DNA from: Pirellulales bacterium
GTDB taxonomy: Bacteria; Planctomycetota; Planctomycetia; Pirellulales; PALSA-1355
Direction: 5' to 3'
Assembly: GCA_963733035.1 (NCBI GenBank)
Contig: CAVTBU010000006.1
Coordinates: forward strand, 672,001 to 736,000
DNA: 64,000 nucleotides
This document shows, one piece after another, positions 54,001 through 63,929 of the stretch (position 1 is the stretch's first letter; each line of letters starts with the position of its first letter). The notes below the pieces were generated by a model that saw only the letters and a program-made list of their open reading frames with translations, was not told the origin of the DNA and searched no databases. The position numbers and the translations under genes are program-made.

Positions 54001-54007
54001 AATCAGA

Positions 54008-54034
54008 AGGATGAGTAAGACGTTTTCTCATCCT
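54008..54034. terminator. Hairpin between convergent genes, possibly a bidirectional terminator
   Basis: AGGATGAG-N11-CTCATCCT inverted repeat between the stops at 54000 and 54049; no clear U-tract. Confidence 0.45.
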
Positions 54035-54048
54035 GCTCACCTTGGCCT

Positions 54049-55365
54049 TCAACAGTCGAGCGTGTGCTCAACTTCCCAGCCTGATACGTGCCGGCCGTAG
54101 TCGCGCCACTGCGCGCGCTTCAGTTTCAAATACGATGCGCTGAACGCTTCGCCCAGCCGGCTTCGTAGCACGTCGCTTGCGGCAAAGGCCTGCATGGCTT
54201 CGTATAGATTGTCGGGCAGCGTCGGCGGGCCATCGAGGCGATCGTCGTCCAAGTACATGTTTGAATCGAGCCGCTGGCCGGGGTCGCGGTTGTTGGCGAT
54301 GCCGTCGAGGCCGGCGTGCAGAATGGCCGCCGGCATCAGGTAGGGGTTTGCTGAGCCGTCCGGCAGCCTCAGTTCGAGACGCCCTGCATCGGGGATGCGG
54401 ATCATGTGCGTGCGGTTGTTGCCGGCGTAGCTGATCGTGTTGGGTGACCAAGTGGCACCAGAGGCTGTCGCCGGGGCGTTGATGCGGCGATACGAATTGA
54501 CCGTGGGATTGGTGAACAGGCAGAGGGCCGGGGCTGAATACATGATGCCGCCCAGGAAATGGTAGGCGAGTTCCGACAGCCCCAGTTCACCGTCACGAGC
54601 GAAAAACAGATTCGCTTCGGAACTGTCCTGCCATAGAGAAACGTGCGTGTGGCAGCCGTTGCCGGTCAAGTGCGAAAACGGCTTGGGCATGAACGTTGCC
54701 CGCAGGCCGTGCTTTTCGGCCAGGGTCTTGACCATGTACTTGAAGAACGTGTGCCGATCGGCCGTGGTCAGCGCGTCGGAATAGTTCCAGTTCATCTCGA
54801 ACTGGCCGTTGGCGTCTTCGTGATCGTTTTGATAGGGTCCCCAACCGAGCTTCTGCATGGCATCGCAGATCTCGGTTATCAGATCGTACCGCCGCATCAG
54901 GGCCTGTTGATCGTAACAGGGCTTCGCTTGCCGATCGCCGGAATCCGCCAGAGCTTGACCCTCCGGCGTGAGAACGAAGAACTCGCATTCCACTCCCGTG
55001 CGCATTTCGTAGCCAAGACGCTTGGCCTCGATCAGGGCGCCCTTGAGCACGTTTCGCGGGGCTTGGGCGACCGGCTCGCCGGACATCCACAGGTCGGCTG
55101 CCACCCAGGCAACTTCCGGCTTCCAGGGAAGTTGTACGACGCTGGCCGCGTCGGGAATGGCAAACATGTCCGGGTCGGCGGGTGTCATATCCAGCCAGGT
55201 GGCAAATCCCGCGAAGCCCGCCCCGTTCTTACACATTTCACTGATTGCCGCAGCCGGTACGAGTTTGGCTCGCACGGTTCCCATCAGGTCCGAGAATGAA
55301 ACCAGAAAGTACTTTACGCCCAGTTCCCGGGCCAGTGCGGCTAGTTCGACTGACATGACCTTCAT
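54049..55365 (-). CDS. glnT: Type III glutamate-ammonia ligase (GlnT / gamma-glutamylmethylamide synthetase-like)
   Basis: RAKLVPA, GAGFAGFA, GVECEF, KPCYDQ, YQNDHEDANGQFEMNW, ATFMPKPF..LTGNGCH, NNRTHM.R, ELRLPDG. Confidence 0.92.
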   Translation of the reverse strand: MKVMSVELAALARELGVKYFLVSFSDLMGTVRAKLVPAAAISEMCKNGAGFAGFATWLDMTPADPDMFAIPDAASVVQLPWKPEVAWVAADLWMSGEPVAQAPRNVLKGALIEAKRLGYEMRTGVECEFFVLTPEGQALADSGDRQAKPCYDQQALMRRYDLITEICDAMQKLGWGPYQNDHEDANGQFEMNWNYSDALTTADRHTFFKYMVKTLAEKHGLRATFMPKPFSHLTGNGCHTHVSLWQDSSEANLFFARDGELGLSELAYHFLGGIMYSAPALCLFTNPTVNSYRRINAPATASGATWSPNTISYAGNNRTHMIRIPDAGRLELRLPDGSANPYLMPAAILHAGLDGIANNRDPGQRLDSNMYLDDDRLDGPPTLPDNLYEAMQAFAASDVLRSRLGEAFSASYLKLKRAQWRDYGRHVSGWEVEHTLDC

Positions 55366-56375
55366 GATGCGAGCAGCTCCTTAACGGCGCGGGCAATGAA
55401 TTGCTCGTCCTCGGGGTTCTTGCTTGGGTTGCCGGCCCGATGGCCCCAAATCGATGGAATGGGAAGGTAGATCGCCCGCTGCATCCGCCGCGCTTCGTGG
55501 TCGCTGTCCTCGGGCGTGAAGTACAGGTCAGTCGCACAAGGCATGACGAGCGTATCGGCTTCGATCGCTCCGAGAGCCCGATCGATGTCGCCTCCGTAAA
55601 TATCGTTGTCGCTGATATCCGACCGCTTCCAGGTTTCAATCATTGACACCAGGTTTCCGGCATTCCGCTTGAGGAAGCTGGCTTCCCAATCGCGAACGAG
55701 AAAGTCCTCCAGCGATTCGTAGCCGAGTTTCAGGTAGAGCTTCTCGCGGTAGAACGCCTGCGACAGCGCCCAGCCGGCGTACACCCGACCCAGCGCCCGC
55801 AAGCCGCGCTCGGGCCAAGCGGTGAAGCTCGTGCGGTCGAAGGCGGCGTCGGCGGTGAGCGCCGCGCGAATGCCCTCAAGAAACACGAGGTTGTGCGGCG
55901 ATGTCTTGGCCGAGCCACAAACGGCCGCGATGCGCTCCACCCGATCTGGATAGAGAGCGCCCCAGTGCAATGCCTGCTGCGCGCCCATCGACCAACCGTA
56001 GACCAAGGCCAGTCGCTTGATACCGAATACATCCTCGAGCATCTGACGTTGGGCCTCCACGTTATCAACGTGCGTGAACAGGTCCAAATGTTTCGAACCG
56101 AGTGGTTCAGGCAGATTGCTCGGCGAACTCGACAGGCCGTTGCCAAACTGGTTGGCAATGATAATGAAATACTTTCGCGGATCGAGAATCCTGTCCGGCC
56201 CGATCAGCCAGTCGATGTCCTCGTGGGTCGCTCCGTAGGACGTCGGATACAAGATGACGTTCGAGCGGTCTTCGCGCAATTCGCCGTATGTTTGGTAGGC
56301 GAGCACGGCTTGGCGAATTGTCGTTCCATGTTGCAGCTTGAAGTCTTCAATTTCATAGGTTTCATAAGATTGCAT
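55362..56375 (-). CDS. Alpha/beta hydrolase, homoserine O-acetyltransferase (MetX)-like
   Basis: LAYQTYG.L, FGNGLSSSPSN, GWSMGAQQA nucleophile elbow, DLYF, WGH. Its stop overlaps the glnT start (ATGA). Confidence 0.88.
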   Translation of the reverse strand: MQSYETYEIEDFKLQHGTTIRQAVLAYQTYGELREDRSNVILYPTSYGATHEDIDWLIGPDRILDPRKYFIIIANQFGNGLSSSPSNLPEPLGSKHLDLFTHVDNVEAQRQMLEDVFGIKRLALVYGWSMGAQQALHWGALYPDRVERIAAVCGSAKTSPHNLVFLEGIRAALTADAAFDRTSFTAWPERGLRALGRVYAGWALSQAFYREKLYLKLGYESLEDFLVRDWEASFLKRNAGNLVSMIETWKRSDISDNDIYGGDIDRALGAIEADTLVMPCATDLYFTPEDSDHEARRMQRAIYLPIPSIWGHRAGNPSKNPEDEQFIARAVKELLAS

Positions 56376-56389
56376 CGGCCTTGCGCCCG

Positions 56390-57346
56390 CTAACGTGCGA
56401 CCTCGATTTCGTGCAGCCTGCGAATCACTTCGCCGTTGGCCTTGGGATAACTGGGAGCGATGTGCGCCAGGCGACTTTTCAGTTCCTGATGCGCCCGCGG
56501 TAAGCAGAAAAACGTGATTGACGGATAAAGGTGATGTTCGGCATGGAACGGCATGTTCCACATCAGAAATCGAATCGGCGCGCTGGCGAGCGTCGTGCGG
56601 GTGTTCGTCAGTCCATTGGTATCCTGGCTGCAACCGGTGTGTTCCACGATCAAGATCGCCCGCAACAGCGGTTGGGCCAGGATGGCCGGGAACAGCCAAT
56701 ACCACCAAACGACCGCCGTTTGCAGAACGACCGAGCCGATGGCCAATAACAGATACAGCCCAACATGTGCGCAAGCCGACCAGGTGACGATGCTGCGCGA
56801 ATGTTCTGGGACGAACGGATACGGCCTGCGCCCGATCGCCATCGTGACTAGCTCCGCCGGCTTGTGCCACCAGAAGGGCAGGCCGCTGATGTGCAATGCA
56901 TACTCGAAGCGACTGGTGGGCTTGGGGGTTTCCAGTTCGGGATCGCGCTCGGCATCCTGCGTGTAGCGATGATGCCAAGTGTGGTAGCGCCGGTAGTATG
57001 TGAAGTTGTAGAAACACAGCGCTCCGGCCAGCCAACCAAAAGCGTCGTTGAACCAGGGAGTCTTGAAGGCCGTTTTGTGCACACACTCGTGCATCGGGGC
57101 GAACATTGTCACGATCGTGAAACCGTGGGCGACCATCGCCGGCGCAAGCAGCCACCAATTGTCGAACGTGAGCCAGATGAGCAGCCCGGTCGTACCCATC
57201 ACGGCCAAATGACCGCCGTAGCGCAGCGTTCCGCGCAGGTCCGAGCGCTGGCTCAATGCGCGCACAACATCGATCTCGATCGCGTTGCGACCGGGCAGTT
57301 TGAGGATCTCGGGATAGTATTGTTCCGCCGCCGCCGGGTCTTGCAT
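56390..57346 (-). CDS. Membrane fatty-acid-desaturase-family di-iron oxygenase (MocD-like)
   Basis: Three His boxes HECVH, HTWHH, HAEHH, plus EHTG, TNTRT and TM helices; AGGAG RBS before ATG 57346. Confidence 0.9.
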   Translation of the reverse strand: MQDPAAAEQYYPEILKLPGRNAIEIDVVRALSQRSDLRGTLRYGGHLAVMGTTGLLIWLTFDNWWLLAPAMVAHGFTIVTMFAPMHECVHKTAFKTPWFNDAFGWLAGALCFYNFTYYRRYHTWHHRYTQDAERDPELETPKPTSRFEYALHISGLPFWWHKPAELVTMAIGRRPYPFVPEHSRSIVTWSACAHVGLYLLLAIGSVVLQTAVVWWYWLFPAILAQPLLRAILIVEHTGCSQDTNGLTNTRTTLASAPIRFLMWNMPFHAEHHLYPSITFFCLPRAHQELKSRLAHIAPSYPKANGEVIRRLHEIEVAR

Positions 57347-57424
57347 GAGGCTCCTACTCGCATCGTTTCTCGGACACCAGGTTTCACGCAGCAATCTGCA
57401 TACCTTAGGCAGCCGGAATTCCGA

Positions 57425-57531
57425 AGCTACTAGCACGCCGGAGTTTAACCATTCCCGACTCCCGCATGACAGAGACTCGAAAAATGCATTTTGCCGCGCA
57501 TCGGGGCAGTGCCGTGCCGCGCCTTGGAGCA
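57425..57531 (-). promoter_or_regulatory. Putative sigma54 promoter with two upstream NtrC-like enhancer sites
   Basis: Minus strand CGGCGTGCTAGTAGCT (GG-N10-GC) at 57425-57440. TGC-N11-GCA sites at 57492-57508 and 57515-57531. Confidence 0.55.
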
Positions 57532-57655
57532 AGGGGCGCAGGCGGGTTGCACCGGCCAAATGCTCCGCGGGCGCGGTTGCGATGCCCCTTGCAGCGACGA
57601 TAATGTCAAAGGCCCAACCACCCCCTCGATCTGCTAGCCACTCAGGAGTCCCACT

Positions 57656-58723
57656 ATGTCCCGCTTTTCGCGCCGACAAGTTTTGAAAGCTGGTGCCGCC
57701 ACCGTGGTTTCCCCCTCCGTGTTGTCGATGCTTGGCTCGACGGCCCTGGCAGCCGACCCTTATGCCGACGGCAAACTCGTCGATGGGGAACCTCCGAAAC
57801 CGGAAAAGGGTTCGTTCACGGTGGCAGTTCTTCCCGACACGCAAAACTACAGCGAGCGCTACCCAGAGACTTACAAAGACCAGACAAACTGGATCGTCGA
57901 CAGCAAGCGCGACCGCAACATTGCCTGCGTGCTGCACCTGGGCGACATTACCAACAACAACACGACCGCCGAATGGGAAAACGCCCAGGCGGCGATGCGA
58001 ATTCTCGATGGCAAGCTGCCGTATTTCATGGTGCCCGGCAACCACGACTACAGCGAAGGGGGCCATTGTCGTGACCGCACGACGCTGCTCAACGATTATT
58101 TCTCCGTCGGTCAATTCCAGGGGACGCCGACCTTTGGTGGCACCTACGATAAGGAGCCCGACCGGCTGGAGAACACCTATCACCTGTTTTCCGCCGAAGG
58201 GCGCGACTTCGTGGTGATTGGCCTCGAGTTTGGTCCGCGCAAGGACGTCGTTCGTTGGGCCAACGAGGTGGCTGCCAAGCACAAGGACCGCGCGGCGATC
58301 TTGATAACCCACGCCTACATGTACTACGACGATACCCGATACGACTGGAAGAAGTACGGCGCCAAGCAAGCTTGGAATCCGCATGGTTATCTGGTGGCGA
58401 AGTCAACGGACGACGACATTTCCGACGGCGACGAGTTGTGGAATAACCTCGTCAGCCGCCATGAGAATTTCATCCTGACGCTCAACGGCCACGTGCTGGT
58501 CGATGGCTTGGCGCGATTGACGTCCACCACGCCCGGCGGCCGCGACGTGCATCAGATCCTCGTCAACTACCAGATGCGTCCGCACGGCGGCGATGGCTGG
58601 TTGCGGTTGCTCGAGTTCCGTCCGGACGGCAAGACCGTGCAGGTGTATGACTATTCGCCGACCTTGAAGCAGCGGAATGAAGGACCGGCTAACCAGTTTT
58701 CCTTCCAACTGGCAGCTGTCTGA
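57656..58723 (+). CDS. Tat-exported calcineurin-like metallophosphoesterase
   Basis: SRRQVLK Tat motif; PDTQ, HLGD, PGNHD, ITHAY, NGH. Confidence 0.9.
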   Translation: MSRFSRRQVLKAGAATVVSPSVLSMLGSTALAADPYADGKLVDGEPPKPEKGSFTVAVLPDTQNYSERYPETYKDQTNWIVDSKRDRNIACVLHLGDITNNNTTAEWENAQAAMRILDGKLPYFMVPGNHDYSEGGHCRDRTTLLNDYFSVGQFQGTPTFGGTYDKEPDRLENTYHLFSAEGRDFVVIGLEFGPRKDVVRWANEVAAKHKDRAAILITHAYMYYDDTRYDWKKYGAKQAWNPHGYLVAKSTDDDISDGDELWNNLVSRHENFILTLNGHVLVDGLARLTSTTPGGRDVHQILVNYQMRPHGGDGWLRLLEFRPDGKTVQVYDYSPTLKQRNEGPANQFSFQLAAV

Positions 58724-58776
58724 ATTGGCAGCCCTCAGTCTTCAATCTTCGACGGTGCCAAGCGTGGCGGCTGGAG

Positions 58777-60027
58777 CTACCGGTGCGACGCGAAAGCATC
58801 GAGAATCTGCACGTGCTCGGGGCGGAAGCCGATGCCGATTACCAAGGCCGGAATCCTGCGAGTCAGCGGCACTTTGAGCAACAGTTTGGCGTACCACGGC
58901 AGGCGCGGAACTTCGTTGTTGCCGAGTACACGTTCCAGCACGCGATGGTGAATCACCAATTGCAGCCGCTGAGTCCAGCGCGTGGGAAACTTGCGCCGCT
59001 TCTGAACCTTGGCCAACGCGTCCGTCGAGATGCGATGTGATCGTAGTGTGTCGGCCAGCAGATTGGCCGCGGCCACGGCGTCTTGAATTGCCAAGTTGAT
59101 GCCCACGCCACCCACGGGCGACATGGCATGGGCTGCGTCGCCAATGCAGAGCAGACCGGCTCGATGCCAGATCTTCAGACGATCGACCATGACCGTCAGA
59201 AGTTTGACCTGTTCCCAATCATCGAGTTCACCCGCGCGATCTTTGAGAAACGGCGCGATCTCGGCAACGCGTCGGTGAAACGCGTCCAACCCTTCGCTGC
59301 GAATGGTATCGTAACCTCCCTTGCGAATCACATAAGCACACTGCCAGTAGTCGCCTCGATCGAGCATCACGAAGACCGCTCCCCGTCCGAATCTGCCGAT
59401 TGGCTGTTTTGGATCATCCGGCTCGCGACGGATCCGCATCCACAGTACGTCGATTGGAGCTCCGAGGTCTTCGACTTTCAGGCCCGCACGCTCGCGAACT
59501 ACCGAATGCCGCCCGTCGCACCCGACGGTCAGATGCGCGTGGACTTGCAGCTGACCGGTGGGCGTTTTGGCCTGTACGCCAACAATGCGGCCGTCTTGCT
59601 CGATGAGATCCGTCACCTCGCTCTGCATCTTCAGCCGAAAGGTCGGCAATCGCTGAGCCCGGTCCGACATAAAGTTGAGAAATTCCCACTGCGGCATGAA
59701 GGCGATGAAGCCGCAGTGGGCCGGCAGGTGTGTGAAGTCGGCGAACACGAACTCGTCGCCCCCCACCACGCCGTGAACCTGCCGCGCTTCCTGGTGCGGA
59801 CGCTTAAGAAACTCGTTGAGCAGGCCAAGTTCGTACAGCAGCTCGAGCGTGGAGGGATGAATCGTGTCGCCCCGAAAGTCACGCAGGAAGTCGGCGTGCT
59901 TTTCCAGTACGACTACATCGATTCCCGCCCGAGCGAGCAGAAACCCCAGCATCATGCCCGCCGGCCCACCCCCGACGATACAACAGGACGTGGTGACTGC
60001 GTCACTGACTGACTCGTCATCCACCAT
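58777..60027 (-). CDS. FAD-dependent monooxygenase/oxidoreductase
   Basis: VGGGPAG, DFRGDTIHP, GCDGRHS, IGDAAHAMSPVGGVGINLAIQD. Confidence 0.92.
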   Translation of the reverse strand: MVDDESVSDAVTTSCCIVGGGPAGMMLGFLLARAGIDVVVLEKHADFLRDFRGDTIHPSTLELLYELGLLNEFLKRPHQEARQVHGVVGGDEFVFADFTHLPAHCGFIAFMPQWEFLNFMSDRAQRLPTFRLKMQSEVTDLIEQDGRIVGVQAKTPTGQLQVHAHLTVGCDGRHSVVRERAGLKVEDLGAPIDVLWMRIRREPDDPKQPIGRFGRGAVFVMLDRGDYWQCAYVIRKGGYDTIRSEGLDAFHRRVAEIAPFLKDRAGELDDWEQVKLLTVMVDRLKIWHRAGLLCIGDAAHAMSPVGGVGINLAIQDAVAAANLLADTLRSHRISTDALAKVQKRRKFPTRWTQRLQLVIHHRVLERVLGNNEVPRLPWYAKLLLKVPLTRRIPALVIGIGFRPEHVQILDAFASHR

Positions 60028-60062
60028 TTGGGGCGGCCTCCCGTTCTGCTCAGGCGAGCATC

Positions 60063-61846
60063 TTACGGCATCAACCGCAGACTCACCCCCCGGACATCCA
60101 TTGCCTTGCGGCCGGGTATGTCGACGGCTTTGAGCACCAGCGGGCCTTTGCCGGCCGGTAGTTCGAACGTCCCCAGCGACAGCGGCTGGAAGTCTTTGAC
60201 CAGCGACTCGCCGTGTCGCGGCACCCGATCCTGTTCGGCGCCGACGAGCGGTGGGTCGAACGCTTCAGTAACTTTGCCGCGCACCCGCTGTCCGCTAAAC
60301 GACAACTCCATCGTCGAGCCGACATCCTCGGGCGGGCAGGTGTAGTGCACGAATGCTTCGTACGTGCCGGCTGTGTGCACTTCGATGTCCCAAGTGATCG
60401 AATCGTCCGTGCTAGTCCAGTTTTCGAAAAACGAACAATTCGGCGCGCGGGCGCTGCGGGTGATCGTGCCGTGCGACACGCCGTCGCGGGCCGGGAGCGG
60501 TGCGGTCGGAAACTCGGCATAGCCAACGGTGAAGGGACGCGTATCGCTGTCGCCGCGTTGGAGCTGGCCGAGTACCTCCTGTCGCCAATCGGCCACTGCC
60601 CGACGCAGCTTGGTGGCGACGTCTGGATGGGCGTCGGCGACGTCATGTGCTTGTCCGGGGTCTTTCGTGAGGTCGAAGAGTTTGCCGGCGTCGTCCAGGC
60701 GATATTGCTGCGTGCGCGCGCTAACTTTGCCGGCCCAATGCGAGAAGACCGTGCGGTCGGTCGGCTTGCTGTTTATTTCCAACAGCAGCGGGGCAAGGCT
60801 TTGCCCGTCGAGCGGTTTTTCGTTCGTGAGGTGTATGCTGGCCAGCTCGGCCAGTGTGGGTGACAGATCAATGGCCGCGCTGATCTGCGAGACCTTCTTG
60901 CCGGGCGGAATGTGACCGGGCCAGCGCACCAGCAGTGGCGAGCGAACGCCCCCTTCGTCGGTCCAGCCCTTGCGTCCCTTCATGCCGCCGTTCCAGCGCC
61001 AACTGTTCGGTCCGTTGTCGGAAAAGTAAACCACGATCGTATCGTCGGCCAGCTTCAGCTCGTCGAGCTTGGCTAGCACGCGCCCCACGTTCCAATCGAT
61101 ATTTTCGCACATGGCGAGCGCCGTGCGCGTCATTTCCGGGTCTTCATCCTGCCCTGGCTCGGCCCGTTGCGGAAGCTTGGCTCCCCGAAACTTTTCGTAG
61201 AACCGATCGGGCACTTGCATTGGCGAGTGAGGCGTGTTGAAGGGCAAATAACAGAAGAAGGGCAGCTGGCGGTTCGCCTCGATGAACGCCAACGCGTGAT
61301 CCGTCAGATCGTCCGTAATGTAGCCGTTGCCGCGGACGGTTTGGCCATTGTGTTCCAGTACTGGGTCGAAATAGTGGCCCCAATGGCCCGAGCAGAAGCC
61401 GTAGTACTCGTCGAAACCGCGTGCGTTGGGATGGTAAGGCCACTGCGTGCCGTTGTGCCACTTGCCAAACGCACCAGTGGCATAGCCGGCGGCCTTGAAT
61501 GCTTCGCCGATCGTTCGCTCGTCGAGGTCCAGCCGTTCGCCGCCGGTCGAAGTACTCCACACGCCCCCGCGCGGATGGTAGCGCCCGTGAGGAATTCGGC
61601 GCGGGTAGGCGAGCAAACCGGGCAGACAAAGAACCTGTCGAATATCGCGCCGTCGCGCGCCAACGAGTCGATGTGTGGCGTAGACAGGTTTCCGTTACCG
61701 TGGATGCTCAAATCGCCCCAGCCTTGGTCGTCCGCCAGAATGACGACAATATTGGGTTGCTCGGCCGCCCAGGCCGCGGCGCTCGACGCGACGAGACTAC
61801 CCAAAGACGCGAGACACGATAGCAATAGTGCGGAAATTCGAAACAT
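60063..61846 (-). CDS. Secreted arylsulfatase with a C-terminal beta-sandwich extension; frameshift near 61584
   Basis: ORF 61304-61846 has a signal peptide, [12 protein letters not shown] and [11 protein letters not shown]. It continues in ORF 60063-61616 with [20 protein letters not shown]. Confidence 0.9.
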
Positions 61847-61870
61847 GGAAGCTTTGACCTTTGCAGGGCG

Positions 61871-62514
61871 TTATTGATTGTCAGCGCCCCAAACCTGTAC
61901 GTCGTCGAGCACGATCGATTCGCCGCGAGTGACAAAACGGTAGCTGGGCTTGTCCACGTTCAGGCGTTCATCTTGGGCTGTTACCGTAACATCGTCATCG
62001 GTTCGCACCGTTACTTTGTCGCCGTCCATCTCAACCAGCAGGGTGTACCACACGCCCTGCTCGAAGATGGCCGGAGTCTTGGCCAGTTGCTCGACGCGAG
62101 ATTTCGGGTCGCGCTTGTCCTTGTCTTTGGTAATCACGAGCGCGTTCTGGCGAACGAGCACGCGAAACAAGTGCCCCCGTGCATGATTCATGCTCAAGTT
62201 GAACGTCTTGGCTCCATCGAGTTGAAACGAAAACTTGATCGCCGAATTGCGATTAGGCTGCTTGAGTGTCAGCACGGCCGCGTGCTTATCCGTTGGCTTT
62301 TCGCGGCCGACAAGTTCACCACCAACGACGAGCCACGAACCCTTGTTGATCATCCACATCGAGTCGAGCGGTTCGCCGTCGAACCGCTCATCGAGGAGTA
62401 ACTTGCTAAATCGCTTGGCCGGGGCGCAAGATCGGCATTCTTCGCCGCTTCCGCCGTGGCCGCAAAAAAACAGATGCAGACACACGACAATCGTGCAAAG
62501 ATGGACGCTTTCAT
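61871..62514 (-). CDS. Secreted ConA-like/jelly-roll domain hypothetical protein; frameshift near 62420
   Basis: Signal peptide MKASIFARLSCVCICFFAATAEA in one frame; LLDERF...GSWLVVGG.L...WYTLLVE...LDDVQVW in another. Confidence 0.6.
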
Positions 62515-62579
62515 CGGGTCCGACCCTTTTTCAAGGTGAGTGAGGACGGAAGTCACGCACCTTAGAATAGCAGTCCCCA

Positions 62580-63826
62580 GTGGGACAAACAATTCAGCGG
62601 CGGGATGCTCGACACTCTTGGGGCAAGCGAATGTATTTTCCTGGCCGACGCGAGCGTCTGTTTGCCTTTTTGTACTTTTGCGAAGGCGCTCCAATTGGCT
62701 TTCTGTGGTGGGCGTTGCCGGCCTACTGGTCGGCGTCCGGTGTACCGGTCGAGCGCGTGACGGCGATCACGGCTGCGGCGGTTCTTCCGTGGAGCCTCAA
62801 ATGGCTGTGGGCGCCGTTGGTGGACCTAACCGCGCCGCGCTTGGGCTATCATCGCTGGATCGTGGCGATGCAGTTCTTGATGGGACTGTCGCTGTGGCCG
62901 CTGGTATGGTTGGACCCGAGCGAGCAGTTCGCGTGGCTGCTGGCCGTGCTGCTTGTACATGCAACGGCGGCAGCCACGCAAGATGTGGCCATCGATGGTC
63001 TATGCGTTGCGCTGGTTGCCGAGCACGAACGGGGCGAAGTCAACGGTTGGATGCAAGCCGGTATGCTCTTGGGCCGGGCGATGTTTGGCGGAGGCGCCGT
63101 GTTGCTCATCGGCGCAGCACCTTGCTGGCCGGCCTGATCGCACTGGTTGCCTTGCTGTGGACCGCGGCAATTGTGCTGGGCTTCCTTTTAAGCACGGCCG
63201 AACGCACGTCGAAGACCAACGTCGGGGATGTGCGAGCGCAACCCAGTATCGTGCTGATTTTGCGTGGCGGTTTGTTTTGGTTGGCCGTGTTGTTCGCTTT
63301 TGTGGGGGGCGCGGCGTTTGAATCCGTGGGTGCCTTGCTGGGGCCCTATCTACAGGATGCCGCTTTGTCGCTCGAGCAGATCGGCCTGTTTCAAATCGGA
63401 CCCTTGGCCGGAGCCATGGCCCTGGGCGCACTTTTCGGGGGAAAGGTTGCCGACCGTTTTGGTCATGTCCGGGTGGCGTGGTGTGGATTGCTAGCGCTCG
63501 TGCTGCTCAACTTGACGCTTGGCCTGACGGAGATGGCGGAAGATGCATCTAGTGCCATTCGCCTGCCTCTGATCATCGCGGTGTATGTGGTGATTGGTAT
63601 ATTCACGGCCTCGTCCTATGCTCTCTTCATGGACTTAGCACAGGGCCGATGGCAGGCGACCGTGTTCAGTGCATTGATGGGAGTTACCAATGCATGCGAA
63701 GCCGGCTCGGCATATGCATCAGGGTGGTTGGCAGCCGCATTTGGATATTCCGCCACATTTATTATGATGACAGTACCGTCGGTCGTGGGATTGGCAATCC
63801 TGCCGCTGCTGCGACGTCGATCTTGA
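62580..63826 (+). CDS. AmpG-like MFS permease; frameshift near 63115
   Basis: LYFCEGAPIG, LPWSLKWLWAPLVD and ATQDVAIDG in ORF 62580-63137. The C-terminal half (PYLQD, GG.VADRFG, ALFMD, AT.FS) is in ORF 62540-63826. Confidence 0.85.
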
Positions 63827-63929
63827 GAATTCCGCGTTTCCTCTCATCCCTTCGCCTGCGGTATGTCTACGGTCGCGTCCCGTTTCCACGGGCGGCGACA
63901 GCCACAGATCACCCGGAGGAATTGTGCTG

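Noticed and set aside
55362..57158. 598-aa ORF suggesting an N-terminally extended hydrolase
   Set aside because: The extension overlaps the desaturase in another frame and has no motifs. The plausible start is ATG 56375.
56390..58384. 664-aa ORF suggesting a desaturase fusion
   Set aside because: The upstream part is antisense to the metallophosphoesterase. An AGGAG RBS supports the start at 57346.
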